Shown here piece by piece: positions 49,387-57,575 of a stretch of DNA of 64,000 nt (position 1 is the first letter of the stretch; each line of letters opens with the position of its first letter). Source of the DNA: an uncultured Candidatus Saccharibacteria bacterium (GTDB taxonomy: Bacteria; Patescibacteriota; Minisyncoccia; Phycocordibacterales; Zambryskibacteraceae); NCBI GenBank assembly GCA_964348525.1, contig CAYGCY010000002.1, forward strand, positions 9,726 to 73,725, in the 5' to 3' direction. The notes under the pieces are model-generated. The model was not told the origin of the DNA. It searched no databases and saw only the letters and a program-made list of their open reading frames with translations. A program made the translations under genes and the position numbers.

Positions 49387-49402
49387 GGTGGTGGTTTTTT
49401 TA
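49368..49402 (+). terminator. Hairpin + T8 terminator
   Basis: cccaccacctcagaacttgaggtggtggttttttta. Confidence 0.8.
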
Positions 49403-50044
49403 TTTCCCTCTCTTTCCTAACCGGTAAACCCGTCTCTTCATTGTATCTCTTCTCCAAACACCAAAGTGTTTCAAGTAACCAAATTGTCTAACCCTGATTG
49501 GTCTAAACCCTGAAAACCACAAAATTCCTTTTCTAATTTCATTAGTAGTATCCCCAAATATAATCCTTTGTATTAAAGGTACCGAGTCTGAAGTTACAAA
49601 TATGCTTGCGCTTTTCCCCTTCAATAATTTTTGCCAAAGCTGACCCTTAGCTATAAATCTATAGGCAAACCCCGACAGCCATGTTCTATCAAAAAGACCT
49701 TTTAACAATGCGGGCATTGTGGACCACCAAGATGGATAGAAAATAACGAAATGGTCACACCATCTAATATTTTCTTGAAAGGAAACTAAATCTGGTTCAA
49801 GCTCTTGTGCCACTTTATAGCCTTTGTGAAGAATTGGGTCAAACTGCATTTCTCCCACATTTTGCCTTCGTACATCATGCCCCGCCTCCATCGCTCCTTT
49901 TTCATACTCACTAGCAAGTGTTCCATTAAATGAATCGGTATCTGGGTGCCCTAGCAAAATAAAAATTTTCTTAGATTTGGTCTTAAAAAACATTGCCAAA
50001 TTATACCCTACAGACTGCTCACTTTTTGCCTTGAGACAGGACAA
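49400..50044 (-). CDS. Flavodoxin-like fold NAD(P)H dehydrogenase (quinone) family protein
   Basis: KIFILLGHPDTDSFNGTLASEY, Flavodoxin_2-like. Probable start at an internal Met. Confidence 0.65.
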   Translation of the reverse strand: MSCLKAKSEQSVGYNLAMFFKTKSKKIFILLGHPDTDSFNGTLASEYEKGAMEAGHDVRRQNVGEMQFDPILHKGYKVAQELEPDLVSFQENIRWCDHFVIFYPSWWSTMPALLKGLFDRTWLSGFAYRFIAKGQLWQKLLKGKSASIFVTSDSVPLIQRIIFGDTTNEIRKGILWFSGFRPIRVRQFGYLKHFGVWRRDTMKRRVYRLGKRGK

Positions 50045-50108
50045 AGACCCTATGGTATACTTGCCTTTGTCCGATTTATATTGTTAACAAAGTAAAATAA
50101 TCAAAATT

Positions 50109-50366
50109 ATGGTTAGAAAAGCTAATCCAGCACTATTGAAGCCTATGAATCTGTCTGCAGAACTTGAGGCTGTAGTGGGAAAAGGTCCTATGTCTCGAGG
50201 TTCAGTAGTAAAAGGTATGTGGGACTACATCAAGAAACACAACCTTCAGAATCCTTCAAACAAGAGAAACATCTTGGCTGATGAGAAACTAAAGCCTTTG
50301 TTCGGAGGCAAAAGCGAAGTGACTATGTTTGAGATGACTAAACTCGTTTCAGGCCACTTGAGCTAA
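50109..50366 (+). CDS. SWIB/MDM2-domain protein
   Basis: LSAELEAVVGKGPMSRGSVVKGMWDYIKKHNLQNPSNKRNILADEKLKPLFGG. Confidence 0.8.
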   Translation: MVRKANPALLKPMNLSAELEAVVGKGPMSRGSVVKGMWDYIKKHNLQNPSNKRNILADEKLKPLFGGKSEVTMFEMTKLVSGHLS

Positions 50367-50406
50367 ATTTCCTTGGGCGTCCGACGGGACAGCTCTCGTG
50401 AAATAA

Positions 50407-50446
50407 ACAAAAAACCGTTCACTAGCTAGTGAACGGTTTTTTGTAT
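50407..50446 (+). terminator. Perfect hairpin terminator
   Basis: aaaaaaccgttcactagctagtgaacggtttttt. Confidence 0.8.
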
Positions 50447-50447
50447 T

Positions 50448-50518
50448 GTGGACCTATCGGGAATCGCACCCGAGCTTCGTCAATGCGAATGACGCGTCGT
50501 GCTACTAGACTATAGGCC
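50448..50518 (-). tRNA. tRNA-Ala-like (anticodon CGC), non-canonical D- and T-loops
   Basis: Cloverleaf with G3:U70, A73, anticodon loop UUCGCAU. 3-bp D-stem without G18/G19. T-loop UGCGAUU (G at position 55). Confidence 0.45.
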
Positions 50519-50530
50519 CATTTCTCTTCG

Positions 50531-50601
50531 GTGGACTCACGGGGAATCGGACCCCGACCTCATCCATGCCATGGATGCGTAATACCATTTTACTATGAGC
50601 C
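50531..50601 (-). tRNA. tRNA-Ala (GGC)
   Basis: G3:U70, A73, anticodon loop AUGGCAU. D-loop has GG. T-loop UCCGAUU. Confidence 0.55.
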
Positions 50602-50673
50602 CGTCGTACTGGTATTTTACGGAAAATAACCACAGCTTCAAATAAGATTATTTTTAGGATAAGATGTTGTCTT

Positions 50674-50821
50674 CGGACCTTTAGCTTAGTTGTAGCGTCT
50701 CGTGAAAAGCAACCAGCTGTAGGGTTTCGTAAAATGTTGCTCATGCACGGGCCTTGGCTTAGTTGTAGCGTCTCGTGAAAAGCAACTGACTTCAGAGTTT
50801 TGTAAAATATTGTTCGTGTAC
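50674..50821 (+). repeat. Two tandem about 74-nt degenerate tRNA-like units sharing the 5' 28 nt of the downstream tRNA-Ala
   Basis: Units at 50674-50747 and 50748-50821 begin GG(A/G)CCTT(T)(A/G)GCTTAGTTGTAGCGTCTCGTG like the tRNA-Ala 5' half, but do not fold into a cloverleaf. Confidence 0.4.
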
Positions 50822-50897
50822 GGGCCCTTAGCTTAGCTGGTAGAGCGCCTCATTTGCAATGAGGAGGTCAGCGGTTCGAATCCGCTAGGGTCCACCA
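50822..50897 (+). tRNA. tRNA-Ala (TGC), CCA encoded
   Basis: GGGCCCTTAGCTTAGCTGGTAGAGCGCCTCATTTGCAATGAGGAGGTCAGCGGTTCGAATCCGCTAGGGTCCACCA. G3:U70, A73. Confidence 0.85.
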
Positions 50898-50962
50898 TAC
50901 GCTTTACATATAAATATATTCTCTTATCATCTTCAATTAGCGCTCTTTCAAATGAGGTGTTT

Positions 50963-51223
50963 ATGGGAAAATTCATAGCAGGTGTCTTACTTGCTGGAGG
51001 TTTGTTGTTGGTTGGAACAGTCTGGGCACAAAGCCAGACCGACTCGCTCAACAGCAACCCAGCGAGGGAATACTACTTCTTGGCCACCAGTCGTAGCCAC
51101 TTCAATGGGATTAGAACTGCTGTCGTAGTGGGGCCATTTCTAAGCTTGAGCGAATGCTCAGAAATGGGCGCAATCACCACAGGAAAAGGGTTCTCAGCAA
51201 CCAAGTGCTGGATTGGGCGCTAG
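50963..51223 (+). CDS. Small secreted protein (signal peptide, 2 Cys), GC-rich
   Basis: SD GAGGTG. MGKFIAGVLLAGGLLLVGTVWAQ signal peptide. Followed by terminator 51237-51276. Confidence 0.4.
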   Translation: MGKFIAGVLLAGGLLLVGTVWAQSQTDSLNSNPAREYYFLATSRSHFNGIRTAVVVGPFLSLSECSEMGAITTGKGFSATKCWIGR

Positions 51224-51236
51224 CCATTCGCAGGCC

Positions 51237-51276
51237 AAAACGACACAGTTATCTCTAGCTGTGTCGTTTTCTTATT
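51237..51276. terminator. Perfect hairpin bidirectional terminator
   Basis: aaaacgacacagttatctctagctgtgtcgttttcttattt. Confidence 0.8.
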
Positions 51277-52252
51277 TAATTTGAGAAATATTTATAATAT
51301 GTTCAATAAACTGCTCTGGTGTTCCGCCTACAGCATGAAGACCTTTATAAAACAGCGAATTATTATTTAATGCGGGCAAAGAATTAACTTCCAAAAACAT
51401 CACTCCCCTTTTCGGATGAATTATAAAGTCAGAGCGAGAATAAGGGCCAAGATTTAATTTGTCATGCACTTTTTTGGCGGTATTAGCCACAAGCTCTTTT
51501 ATTTTTTGGCTAATGCGCGCAGGTGTGCGAACAACAGGTTCTTTTTGATATTTATCTTCAAAAGTGAAAATACCTCCGTGAGAAATTTCTACAGGCATAA
51601 AGGCATACAAAGGTTCTCCTCTGAAACCACGTACCACTCCGCAGGTAATTTCTACTCCCGGAATATATTCCTCAACAACTACTTTGTCTGAAAAATGAAA
51701 AGCTTTTTCTAGGGCGTTTTCCAATTCCTGTGGAGTTTTAGCAACAGAAATTCCAAAAGATGAGCCTGAATCTGCCGGTTTTATAATGGCTGGCATTGGC
51801 ACATTTCTAAAGGTTTCCGAAATAACTTCTGGTCCGAAATCGTCTATTTTTACCATTTGATGAAAGGGTGATTTGATGCCGTGCTCCTTTAAAAATTCTT
51901 TTGCCGTGTGTTTGTTTTGACTAAGAGTGCCCGCAAATGCAGATGGGCCGGTATGAGGAATTTTCAACGAATCAAGAATACGCGAAACATACCCACCCTC
52001 TCCGAACGGTCCGTGCAAAGCGTTTATAACCAGATCCATTTTTGTAACTATGTCTTCAGATTTGCGAGGCAGACCATTCAAATGCCATACCCCCTTTAAA
52101 TCAATGAGAATATCAAATGCCTCGTATTTGTCTCCAAAACTTTCACGAAGAATTTTAAGGATTGAGGCGCCAGTTTCGAGAGACACATAGTACTCATGTG
52201 AGGGCCCACCTCGAAGCACTCCTATGCGAGTTTTTTCTAGTCTAAATGACAT
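51272..52252 (-). CDS. ddl: D-alanine--D-alanine ligase
   Basis: ATP-grasp fold, N-terminal IGVLRGGPSHEY. 326 aa. Confidence 0.9.
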   Translation of the reverse strand: MSFRLEKTRIGVLRGGPSHEYYVSLETGASILKILRESFGDKYEAFDILIDLKGVWHLNGLPRKSEDIVTKMDLVINALHGPFGEGGYVSRILDSLKIPHTGPSAFAGTLSQNKHTAKEFLKEHGIKSPFHQMVKIDDFGPEVISETFRNVPMPAIIKPADSGSSFGISVAKTPQELENALEKAFHFSDKVVVEEYIPGVEITCGVVRGFRGEPLYAFMPVEISHGGIFTFEDKYQKEPVVRTPARISQKIKELVANTAKKVHDKLNLGPYSRSDFIIHPKRGVMFLEVNSLPALNNNSLFYKGLHAVGGTPEQFIEHIINISQIK

Positions 52253-52286
52253 TGAAAATATTATAGCCCATCAGAAACTATAAAAT

Positions 52287-53507
52287 TTATAATTTCCTAA
52301 GACTCCTGTGGTAGCCGATGGCAAAACGATGCGCCTCGCTATTGGCGAGGAGAATTTCCTGTTTTCTTCCTTTTACCACTTCATTATTCCCTATTACATC
52401 TTTTGCTTTGTGCTTTTCATCCTTTACCACGGAACATGCTTCTATATTTAGACCAGCACTTTCTAAAACTGTCTTTGCAGTGTTTATTTGTGCAGTGGAA
52501 CCATCCACTACTATCAAGTCGGGCATTGTCCATTCAGTGTGCTTAAAGCGCCTAGTTAAGATTTCTTTCAAATTGACTGTGTCATTTACCCTGTCCTTAC
52601 CTGCTCCACGAATCTTGAATTTTCTATAATCATTTTTTTTGGCTTCACCGTCTTCTACTACCGTCATTACGCCTACTGTATTAGTGCCGGAAATATGGGC
52701 GACATCGTATGCCTCAATACGAAAAGCTTTAGACCGTTGGCTCGAAGCTATTAGTTGTTCGTGTTTTAGGAGAGAAACATCGCGGATATGCTCTAAAGCA
52801 AATATTTGTTTCTTGATTATTTGCGCCTTTTCAAAATTTTTGGCTTTAGCTAGAGACATCATTTCTTTTTTAAGAGAATTGACCAACATTCTTTTTTTAC
52901 CAGAAAAAAATAAAGAAATGTGCCTTATGGTTTTTGCGTATTCATTTTTTGATATTTTACCTATACACACTCCAGGGCAAAGACCGATTTGATAATTAAA
53001 ACATCCTCGCTTTGCATTTAATTCACACCTATCTCTATACGGAAACATTTTTCTAATTATTTTTAATGCTTCTTTTAATTGGCTCCCGTTAGTAAAGGGG
53101 CCGAAAACAGCTTTAGGCTTTAAGCTAGAGGCTTTAAGTTTCAACTCTCGCTCACGAACAATTAAAACCTTTGGGAAAACTTCTTTCGTAATTACAACGT
53201 AGTTAAAACTTTTATCATCTTTGTCCCTACTATTTCCGCTCGGCTGTAAACGCTTTATTTCTGCCGCTTCCAAAATCAATGCCTCCAAAACTGAATCGGT
53301 TGTTTTATAGGAAATAGAATCTGCAGACACAATCATTGATACAATTTTCGAACCACGCGTTAAGAGAAGGTCATTAGAAAAATAACTTTTCACCCTGTCT
53401 TTCAAGGATGTGGCTTTCCCTACATACAAAACTTCCCTACCTTTTTTGAAGTAGTAAACCCCTGGGCTATCGGGAAATTTGTATTTTTTAAAATCTTGAC
53501 TAACCAT
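52287..53507 (-). CDS. uvrC: Excinuclease ABC subunit C, short form (406 aa)
   Basis: N-terminal GIY-YIG (GVYYFKKGREVLYVGKATSLKDRVKSYF). C-terminal HhH region appears absent. Confidence 0.8.
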   Translation of the reverse strand: MVSQDFKKYKFPDSPGVYYFKKGREVLYVGKATSLKDRVKSYFSNDLLLTRGSKIVSMIVSADSISYKTTDSVLEALILEAAEIKRLQPSGNSRDKDDKSFNYVVITKEVFPKVLIVRERELKLKASSLKPKAVFGPFTNGSQLKEALKIIRKMFPYRDRCELNAKRGCFNYQIGLCPGVCIGKISKNEYAKTIRHISLFFSGKKRMLVNSLKKEMMSLAKAKNFEKAQIIKKQIFALEHIRDVSLLKHEQLIASSQRSKAFRIEAYDVAHISGTNTVGVMTVVEDGEAKKNDYRKFKIRGAGKDRVNDTVNLKEILTRRFKHTEWTMPDLIVVDGSTAQINTAKTVLESAGLNIEACSVVKDEKHKAKDVIGNNEVVKGRKQEILLANSEAHRFAIGYHRSLRKL

Positions 53508-53566
53508 TTTTTAGATTGTAGTGTAATAAAAGAACAAGCACAAGTCGCCACACCTTCGGAGGACAC

Positions 53567-53830
53567 ATGAGTATCTTTGGGCACGACGCTTTGGAGCCTG
53601 CTCCCGCAAGCCGGTCTGGTGGGCCAACACCTCCGGAGGTGTTTGAGGGTCCAAGCGGACTTATCGGCTCGAGTATGGCAGACCTTTGTGGACAAGACAC
53701 AGGCGCTCCTCCAGCACACACGGGGGCACCTTGCCACGACTGGAGTGCCCCGCCACAGACCAAGGCTGGTTGTGATTGCCACGGCATTCCCAATTGCCCA
53801 GCTTCACACCCACCCGAATTCGGATGCTGA
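53567..53830 (+). CDS. Small Cys/Pro/His-rich protein (87 aa), GC-rich
   Basis: SD GGAGG 4 nt upstream. C-terminal CHDWSAPPQTKAGCDCHGIPNCPASHPPEFGC. Strong terminator follows. Confidence 0.4.
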   Translation: MSIFGHDALEPAPASRSGGPTPPEVFEGPSGLIGSSMADLCGQDTGAPPAHTGAPCHDWSAPPQTKAGCDCHGIPNCPASHPPEFGC

Positions 53831-53836
53831 CACCTA

Positions 53837-53877
53837 CCCCGCGAGATGTATCCACATCTCGCGGGGTTTTCTTTTTC
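53837..53877 (+). terminator. Strong rho-independent terminator
   Basis: ccccgcgagatgtatccacatctcgcggggttttcttttt. Confidence 0.85.
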
Positions 53878-53923
53878 CCTATTCGGAGTTATAAATTCAA
53901 AAGACTCGCACAAGGAGATTGCC

Positions 53924-54124
53924 ATGAGTATCAGTGGTGAGGAAATGGAAGTAATGGGCAGAGCCTCGATACTTCTGGACAAGCTCAAGAAAAGGGGCTT
54001 GGACCCTGAAGAATTTGACGAACTGCGTCGGCTTCAATCCATGTGCCCACACAATTCACGGCCTGTGGACTTCATGCACAACGGAGAAGATTGCGAAGCT
54101 TGTGGCATGCACCTCGGTACATAA
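53924..54124 (+). CDS. Small Cys-containing protein (66 aa), GC-rich
   Basis: SD AAGGAG. MSISGEEMEVMGRASILLDKLKKRGLDPEEFDELRRLQSMCPHNSRPVDFMHNGEDCEACGMHLGT. Confidence 0.4.
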   Translation: MSISGEEMEVMGRASILLDKLKKRGLDPEEFDELRRLQSMCPHNSRPVDFMHNGEDCEACGMHLGT

Positions 54125-54150
54125 AGGGGCCCCTGTGGCCCCTTTTGTTT
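54123..54150. terminator. Bidirectional terminator hairpin
   Basis: aaaggggcccctgtggccccttttgttt. Confidence 0.75.
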
Positions 54151-56758
54151 ACTTGTTTTTCTTTAGCGCTTTTTTCAAATATCTGCCCGTGTGAGTATCT
54201 GTAGTAGCCACGTTTTCAGGAGTACCTTTTGCTACTATTCGTCCCCCGCCTATTCCTCCCTCTGGCCCAACGTCTATTACCCAGTCAGCATTTTTTATAA
54301 TATCTAGATTGTGTTCAATGACCATCACGGTATTACCTTTGTCTACTAATTTTTGGATAATCTCTATGAGTTTTTTTACATCGTCATAGTGCAAGCCTAT
54401 AGTCGGTTCGTCTAAAAGATAAATAGTTTTTTGAAGATGAGGTCTATACAGCTCAGAAGATATTTTTACACGTTGAGCTTCTCCTCCAGACAAAGTGGTA
54501 GCTGATTGTCCTAATCCCAAATACCCAAGCCCCACCTCATTGAGTGTTTTCAAACGATCATAAATAGAAGGAATATCTTCAAAGAATTGAAGTGCCTCTT
54601 CTACTGTCATTTTTAGAATGTCGTAAATGTTTTTATGTTTGTATTTAACCTCCAATGTTTCTTTCGTAAATCTTTTTCCTTGGCACACATCACATGGCAC
54701 ATAAACTGTTGGCAAAAAATGCATCTCAACAGCAATCTCGCCATTACCTTGGCAGGTTTCGCAACGCCCACCTTTTACATTGAAAGAGAATCTGTTTGCT
54801 CTCCAACCACGAGCTCGAGCTTCCTCCGTTTCTGCAAATAGGTCGCGCACAAATGTCCAAGCGCCTGTATATGTGGCTGGGTTAGATCTCGGAGTTCGAC
54901 CAATTGGCGATTGGTCTATCAAAATAGAGCGCCCGAGATACTCGGTACCAGAAAACGATTCGCAATTATAAGTTTCCGCGGTGCGGTATTTTCTGTCGAA
55001 ACGAGCTTGCAGATTTTTGTGCACTACTTCGTACATAAGTGTAGATTTGCCGGAACCAGAAACACCAGTAACCACATTCAACCTGCCTAGAGGTATTTCG
55101 ACATTAACATTTTTTAAATTAAAAATATTCGCATTCTTAATCACAATCTTTCCTCTCTCTTCTGTACGACGCACTTTTGGAGTGTCTATCGCCTCTTCTC
55201 CTCTCAAATAAGAAAGAGTTCTCGACCCAGAATCATTTCTTTTTGCGGTAAGTAAATTCTCTAAATAATCCGCTACTATAATTTCTCCCCCATGTACTCC
55301 GGCTTTCGGCCCGATATCAATTAAATAGTCCGATGAGAAAATAGTGTCTTCATCATGCTCCACTACTACAATAGTGTTACCTAAATCTCGAAGCGAAAGA
55401 AGTGTTTTTATAAGCCGGTCATTGTCTCTTGAGTGCAAGCCTATAGTAGGTTCATCGAGCACATAAAGGGCCCCCACGAGCCCAGAACCGAGCTGGGAGG
55501 CGAGTCTAATTCTTTGCGCTTCTCCACCCGAAAGCGTGTGGGCACGTCTGTTTAGGCTCAAATATTCGATGCCGACATTTAGCATGAATTCAAGTCTAGA
55601 AGAGATTTCTTTTACTATCACAGTAGAAATACTTTTCTCTCGTTCTGTTAATTTTGCTTTTGAAATAAACTCAAAAGCATCTTCAATACTTTGCGAAGTA
55701 AACTCCACAATATTTTTACCGTCTACAAAAATATGAAGAGCTTCTTCGCGAAGACGGGCTCCTTTACATTTTGGGCATGGGTCATCACTAAAAAAATGTT
55801 TAGTCCCTAAGCCGTTGCATTCAGGACATGCACCATATGGAGAGTTGAAAGAAAAAAGTCTTGGCTCAATCTCAGGATATGAGTAACCATCGTGAGGGCA
55901 TGAAAATCTAGAAGACATAAGAATGTCATCTTTTTCGCCGAAAGACAAAACGACCAGCCCTTCAGACTCTTGAATAGATTTTTCAATTGCGTCAGACAGT
56001 CTTTCTCCGGCATCTTTTTTTGAATCCTTTAATTTAAAATCTGTTAGAGATATTGAGTCAATCAAAACATCTATTGAATGCTTTTTGTTTTTATCTAGAA
56101 TTATTTGCTCACGAAGCTTCTTTTTTGTGCCGTCCACACGAACCTCAGAAAAACCTTTTCCCGATAAGTCGTATAAAAGCTGGTAATACTCACCTTTTCT
56201 TCCACGCACCACGGGCGCATAAACTTCGACAAAACCCATTTCGTGAACGAGCTTCCCTTTTTTATTTGTTTTTTTGCCAAGCTTATTTGCTCTTTCTGTG
56301 ATTTTACTCAGCGCAAATTTTTTTATTTCATCAAAAGAGAGTTTGGAAATTTCTCTACCACAAACCAAACAATGTGGATGGCCAATGCGTGCATACAGAA
56401 TTCTCAAATAATCATAAATTTCTGTAATAGTGGCAACAGTTGAGCGAGGATTGTTTGAACGCGATTTTTGGTCTATTGAAATTGCGGGCGAAAGACCTGT
56501 GATTTCGTCTACATCCGGCTTCTGCATTGTGTTTAAAAACTGCCTTGCATATGAAGAAAGCGATTCAACATATCTGCGCTGACCTTCTGCGAAAATGGTG
56601 TCAAAAGCCAAGGATGATTTTCCAGAGCCAGATAGACCCGTAAAAACTACCATTTTATTCCGTGGCATCTTTACGCTGATATTTTTCAAATTATGAGTGC
56701 GGGCGCCTTTTACTGTAAGCCACTCTTGATTTTTGTTGTTTTCAGAGGTTTTTGACAT
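54149..56758 (-). CDS. uvrA: Excinuclease ABC subunit A
   Basis: Two ABC cassettes with Walker [11 protein letters not shown] and [10 protein letters not shown], zinc fingers, LSGGE signatures. Confidence 0.95.
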   Translation of the reverse strand: MSKTSENNKNQEWLTVKGARTHNLKNISVKMPRNKMVVFTGLSGSGKSSLAFDTIFAEGQRRYVESLSSYARQFLNTMQKPDVDEITGLSPAISIDQKSRSNNPRSTVATITEIYDYLRILYARIGHPHCLVCGREISKLSFDEIKKFALSKITERANKLGKKTNKKGKLVHEMGFVEVYAPVVRGRKGEYYQLLYDLSGKGFSEVRVDGTKKKLREQIILDKNKKHSIDVLIDSISLTDFKLKDSKKDAGERLSDAIEKSIQESEGLVVLSFGEKDDILMSSRFSCPHDGYSYPEIEPRLFSFNSPYGACPECNGLGTKHFFSDDPCPKCKGARLREEALHIFVDGKNIVEFTSQSIEDAFEFISKAKLTEREKSISTVIVKEISSRLEFMLNVGIEYLSLNRRAHTLSGGEAQRIRLASQLGSGLVGALYVLDEPTIGLHSRDNDRLIKTLLSLRDLGNTIVVVEHDEDTIFSSDYLIDIGPKAGVHGGEIIVADYLENLLTAKRNDSGSRTLSYLRGEEAIDTPKVRRTEERGKIVIKNANIFNLKNVNVEIPLGRLNVVTGVSGSGKSTLMYEVVHKNLQARFDRKYRTAETYNCESFSGTEYLGRSILIDQSPIGRTPRSNPATYTGAWTFVRDLFAETEEARARGWRANRFSFNVKGGRCETCQGNGEIAVEMHFLPTVYVPCDVCQGKRFTKETLEVKYKHKNIYDILKMTVEEALQFFEDIPSIYDRLKTLNEVGLGYLGLGQSATTLSGGEAQRVKISSELYRPHLQKTIYLLDEPTIGLHYDDVKKLIEIIQKLVDKGNTVMVIEHNLDIIKNADWVIDVGPEGGIGGGRIVAKGTPENVATTDTHTGRYLKKALKKNK

Positions 56759-56827
56759 AACAAGATTAGCCCTGCGGTTGGTCCACAGGGTTGAGCACGG
56801 GCAGATTCTAGCACAATAACCCCATCA

Positions 56828-56856
56828 TTGACAAACACATGATTTAGTGTGAATAT
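56828..56856 (+). promoter_or_regulatory. Possible promoter (TTGACA -35, weak -10)
   Basis: ttgaca at 56828-56833. gaatat/tatagc about 17-19 nt downstream. Confidence 0.3.
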
Positions 56857-56892
56857 AGCTGTAGTTGTACAAACAAGACCTATGGAGGCCAT

Positions 56893-57246
56893 ATGGCTTT
56901 TGGATTAAGACAGATCACGAAGGGGTCCTGCCGTGCGATTGACCGAAGAATGTTCCCCCACCTGAAGGGCGGTCGTCTTATTGTTAAGGTAGTTCCAAAC
57001 GATGAGTTACCTGCCGAATTGCGTGGTCTGTTAAAGAATGGTGGACTCTTACTGATGGAAGAGGCTCGCATCACGCCAGATTGGGTAGAGTTCATCAAAA
57101 ATAACCCCGAAAGAGCATATATTGACTACGAGAAACGCAAGATACGACACGTGGTTCTGGCGTGTGGGCCAACCCATGGTTCGGCGATATCATTTTTGCT
57201 AGACTTGGGTCTTACAGATGCCCACCTTGAGCCCATTATTGACTGA
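56893..57246 (+). CDS. Hypothetical protein (117 aa), GC-rich cassette
   Basis: SD GGAGG 4 nt upstream. No recognised motif. Terminator follows. Confidence 0.45.
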   Translation: MAFGLRQITKGSCRAIDRRMFPHLKGGRLIVKVVPNDELPAELRGLLKNGGLLLMEEARITPDWVEFIKNNPERAYIDYEKRKIRHVVLACGPTHGSAISFLLDLGLTDAHLEPIID

Positions 57247-57257
57247 GTAAGCTTAGG

Positions 57258-57290
57258 ACCCCGCACCACAAGGTTGCGGGGTTTTGTTTA
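57258..57290 (+). terminator. Hairpin + T-run terminator
   Basis: accccgcaccacaaggttgcggggttttgttt. Confidence 0.8.
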
Positions 57291-57369
57291 TAAACAGATT
57301 ACCATCTGTACTTGACAAAAGTAGTACAGTATGATTTCATATTGAAATAACCCCTGACAGGAGAAGCCC

Positions 57370-57531
57370 GTGCTTACAGTGGCAAGTGTTCTTTTTTGGA
57401 TTGGAGTTCTTTTCATCGTGATAAACGTCATGGTGACCTTTAGCAATTCGAAGGACACCAAGAACTCCTCGATTTCACTCCCATTCATGTTTCTGCTTGC
57501 TGCGGCGGTAGCCAAGTTCCTGAACATGTAG
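57370..57531 (+). CDS. Small two-TM peptide (53 aa), GTG start
   Basis: SD AGGAGAAG. VLTVASVLFWIGVLFIVINVMVTF...LPFMFLLAAAVAKFLNM. Terminator follows. Confidence 0.3.
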   Translation: MLTVASVLFWIGVLFIVINVMVTFSNSKDTKNSSISLPFMFLLAAAVAKFLNM

Positions 57532-57537
57532 ACAACA

Positions 57538-57575
57538 CCCACGAACTCCCACCGAGTATCGTGGGTTTTCGTTTA
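57538..57575. terminator. Hairpin + T-run terminator (also abuts the uvrB stop)
   Basis: cccacgaactcccaccgagtatcgtgggttttcgttt. Confidence 0.7.

Noticed and set aside
50674-50821. The two tandem units as bona fide tRNA genes
   Set aside because: The acceptor 3' strand and anticodon stem cannot pair. Only the 5' 28 nt resemble the downstream tRNA-Ala. Treated as degenerate repeats.
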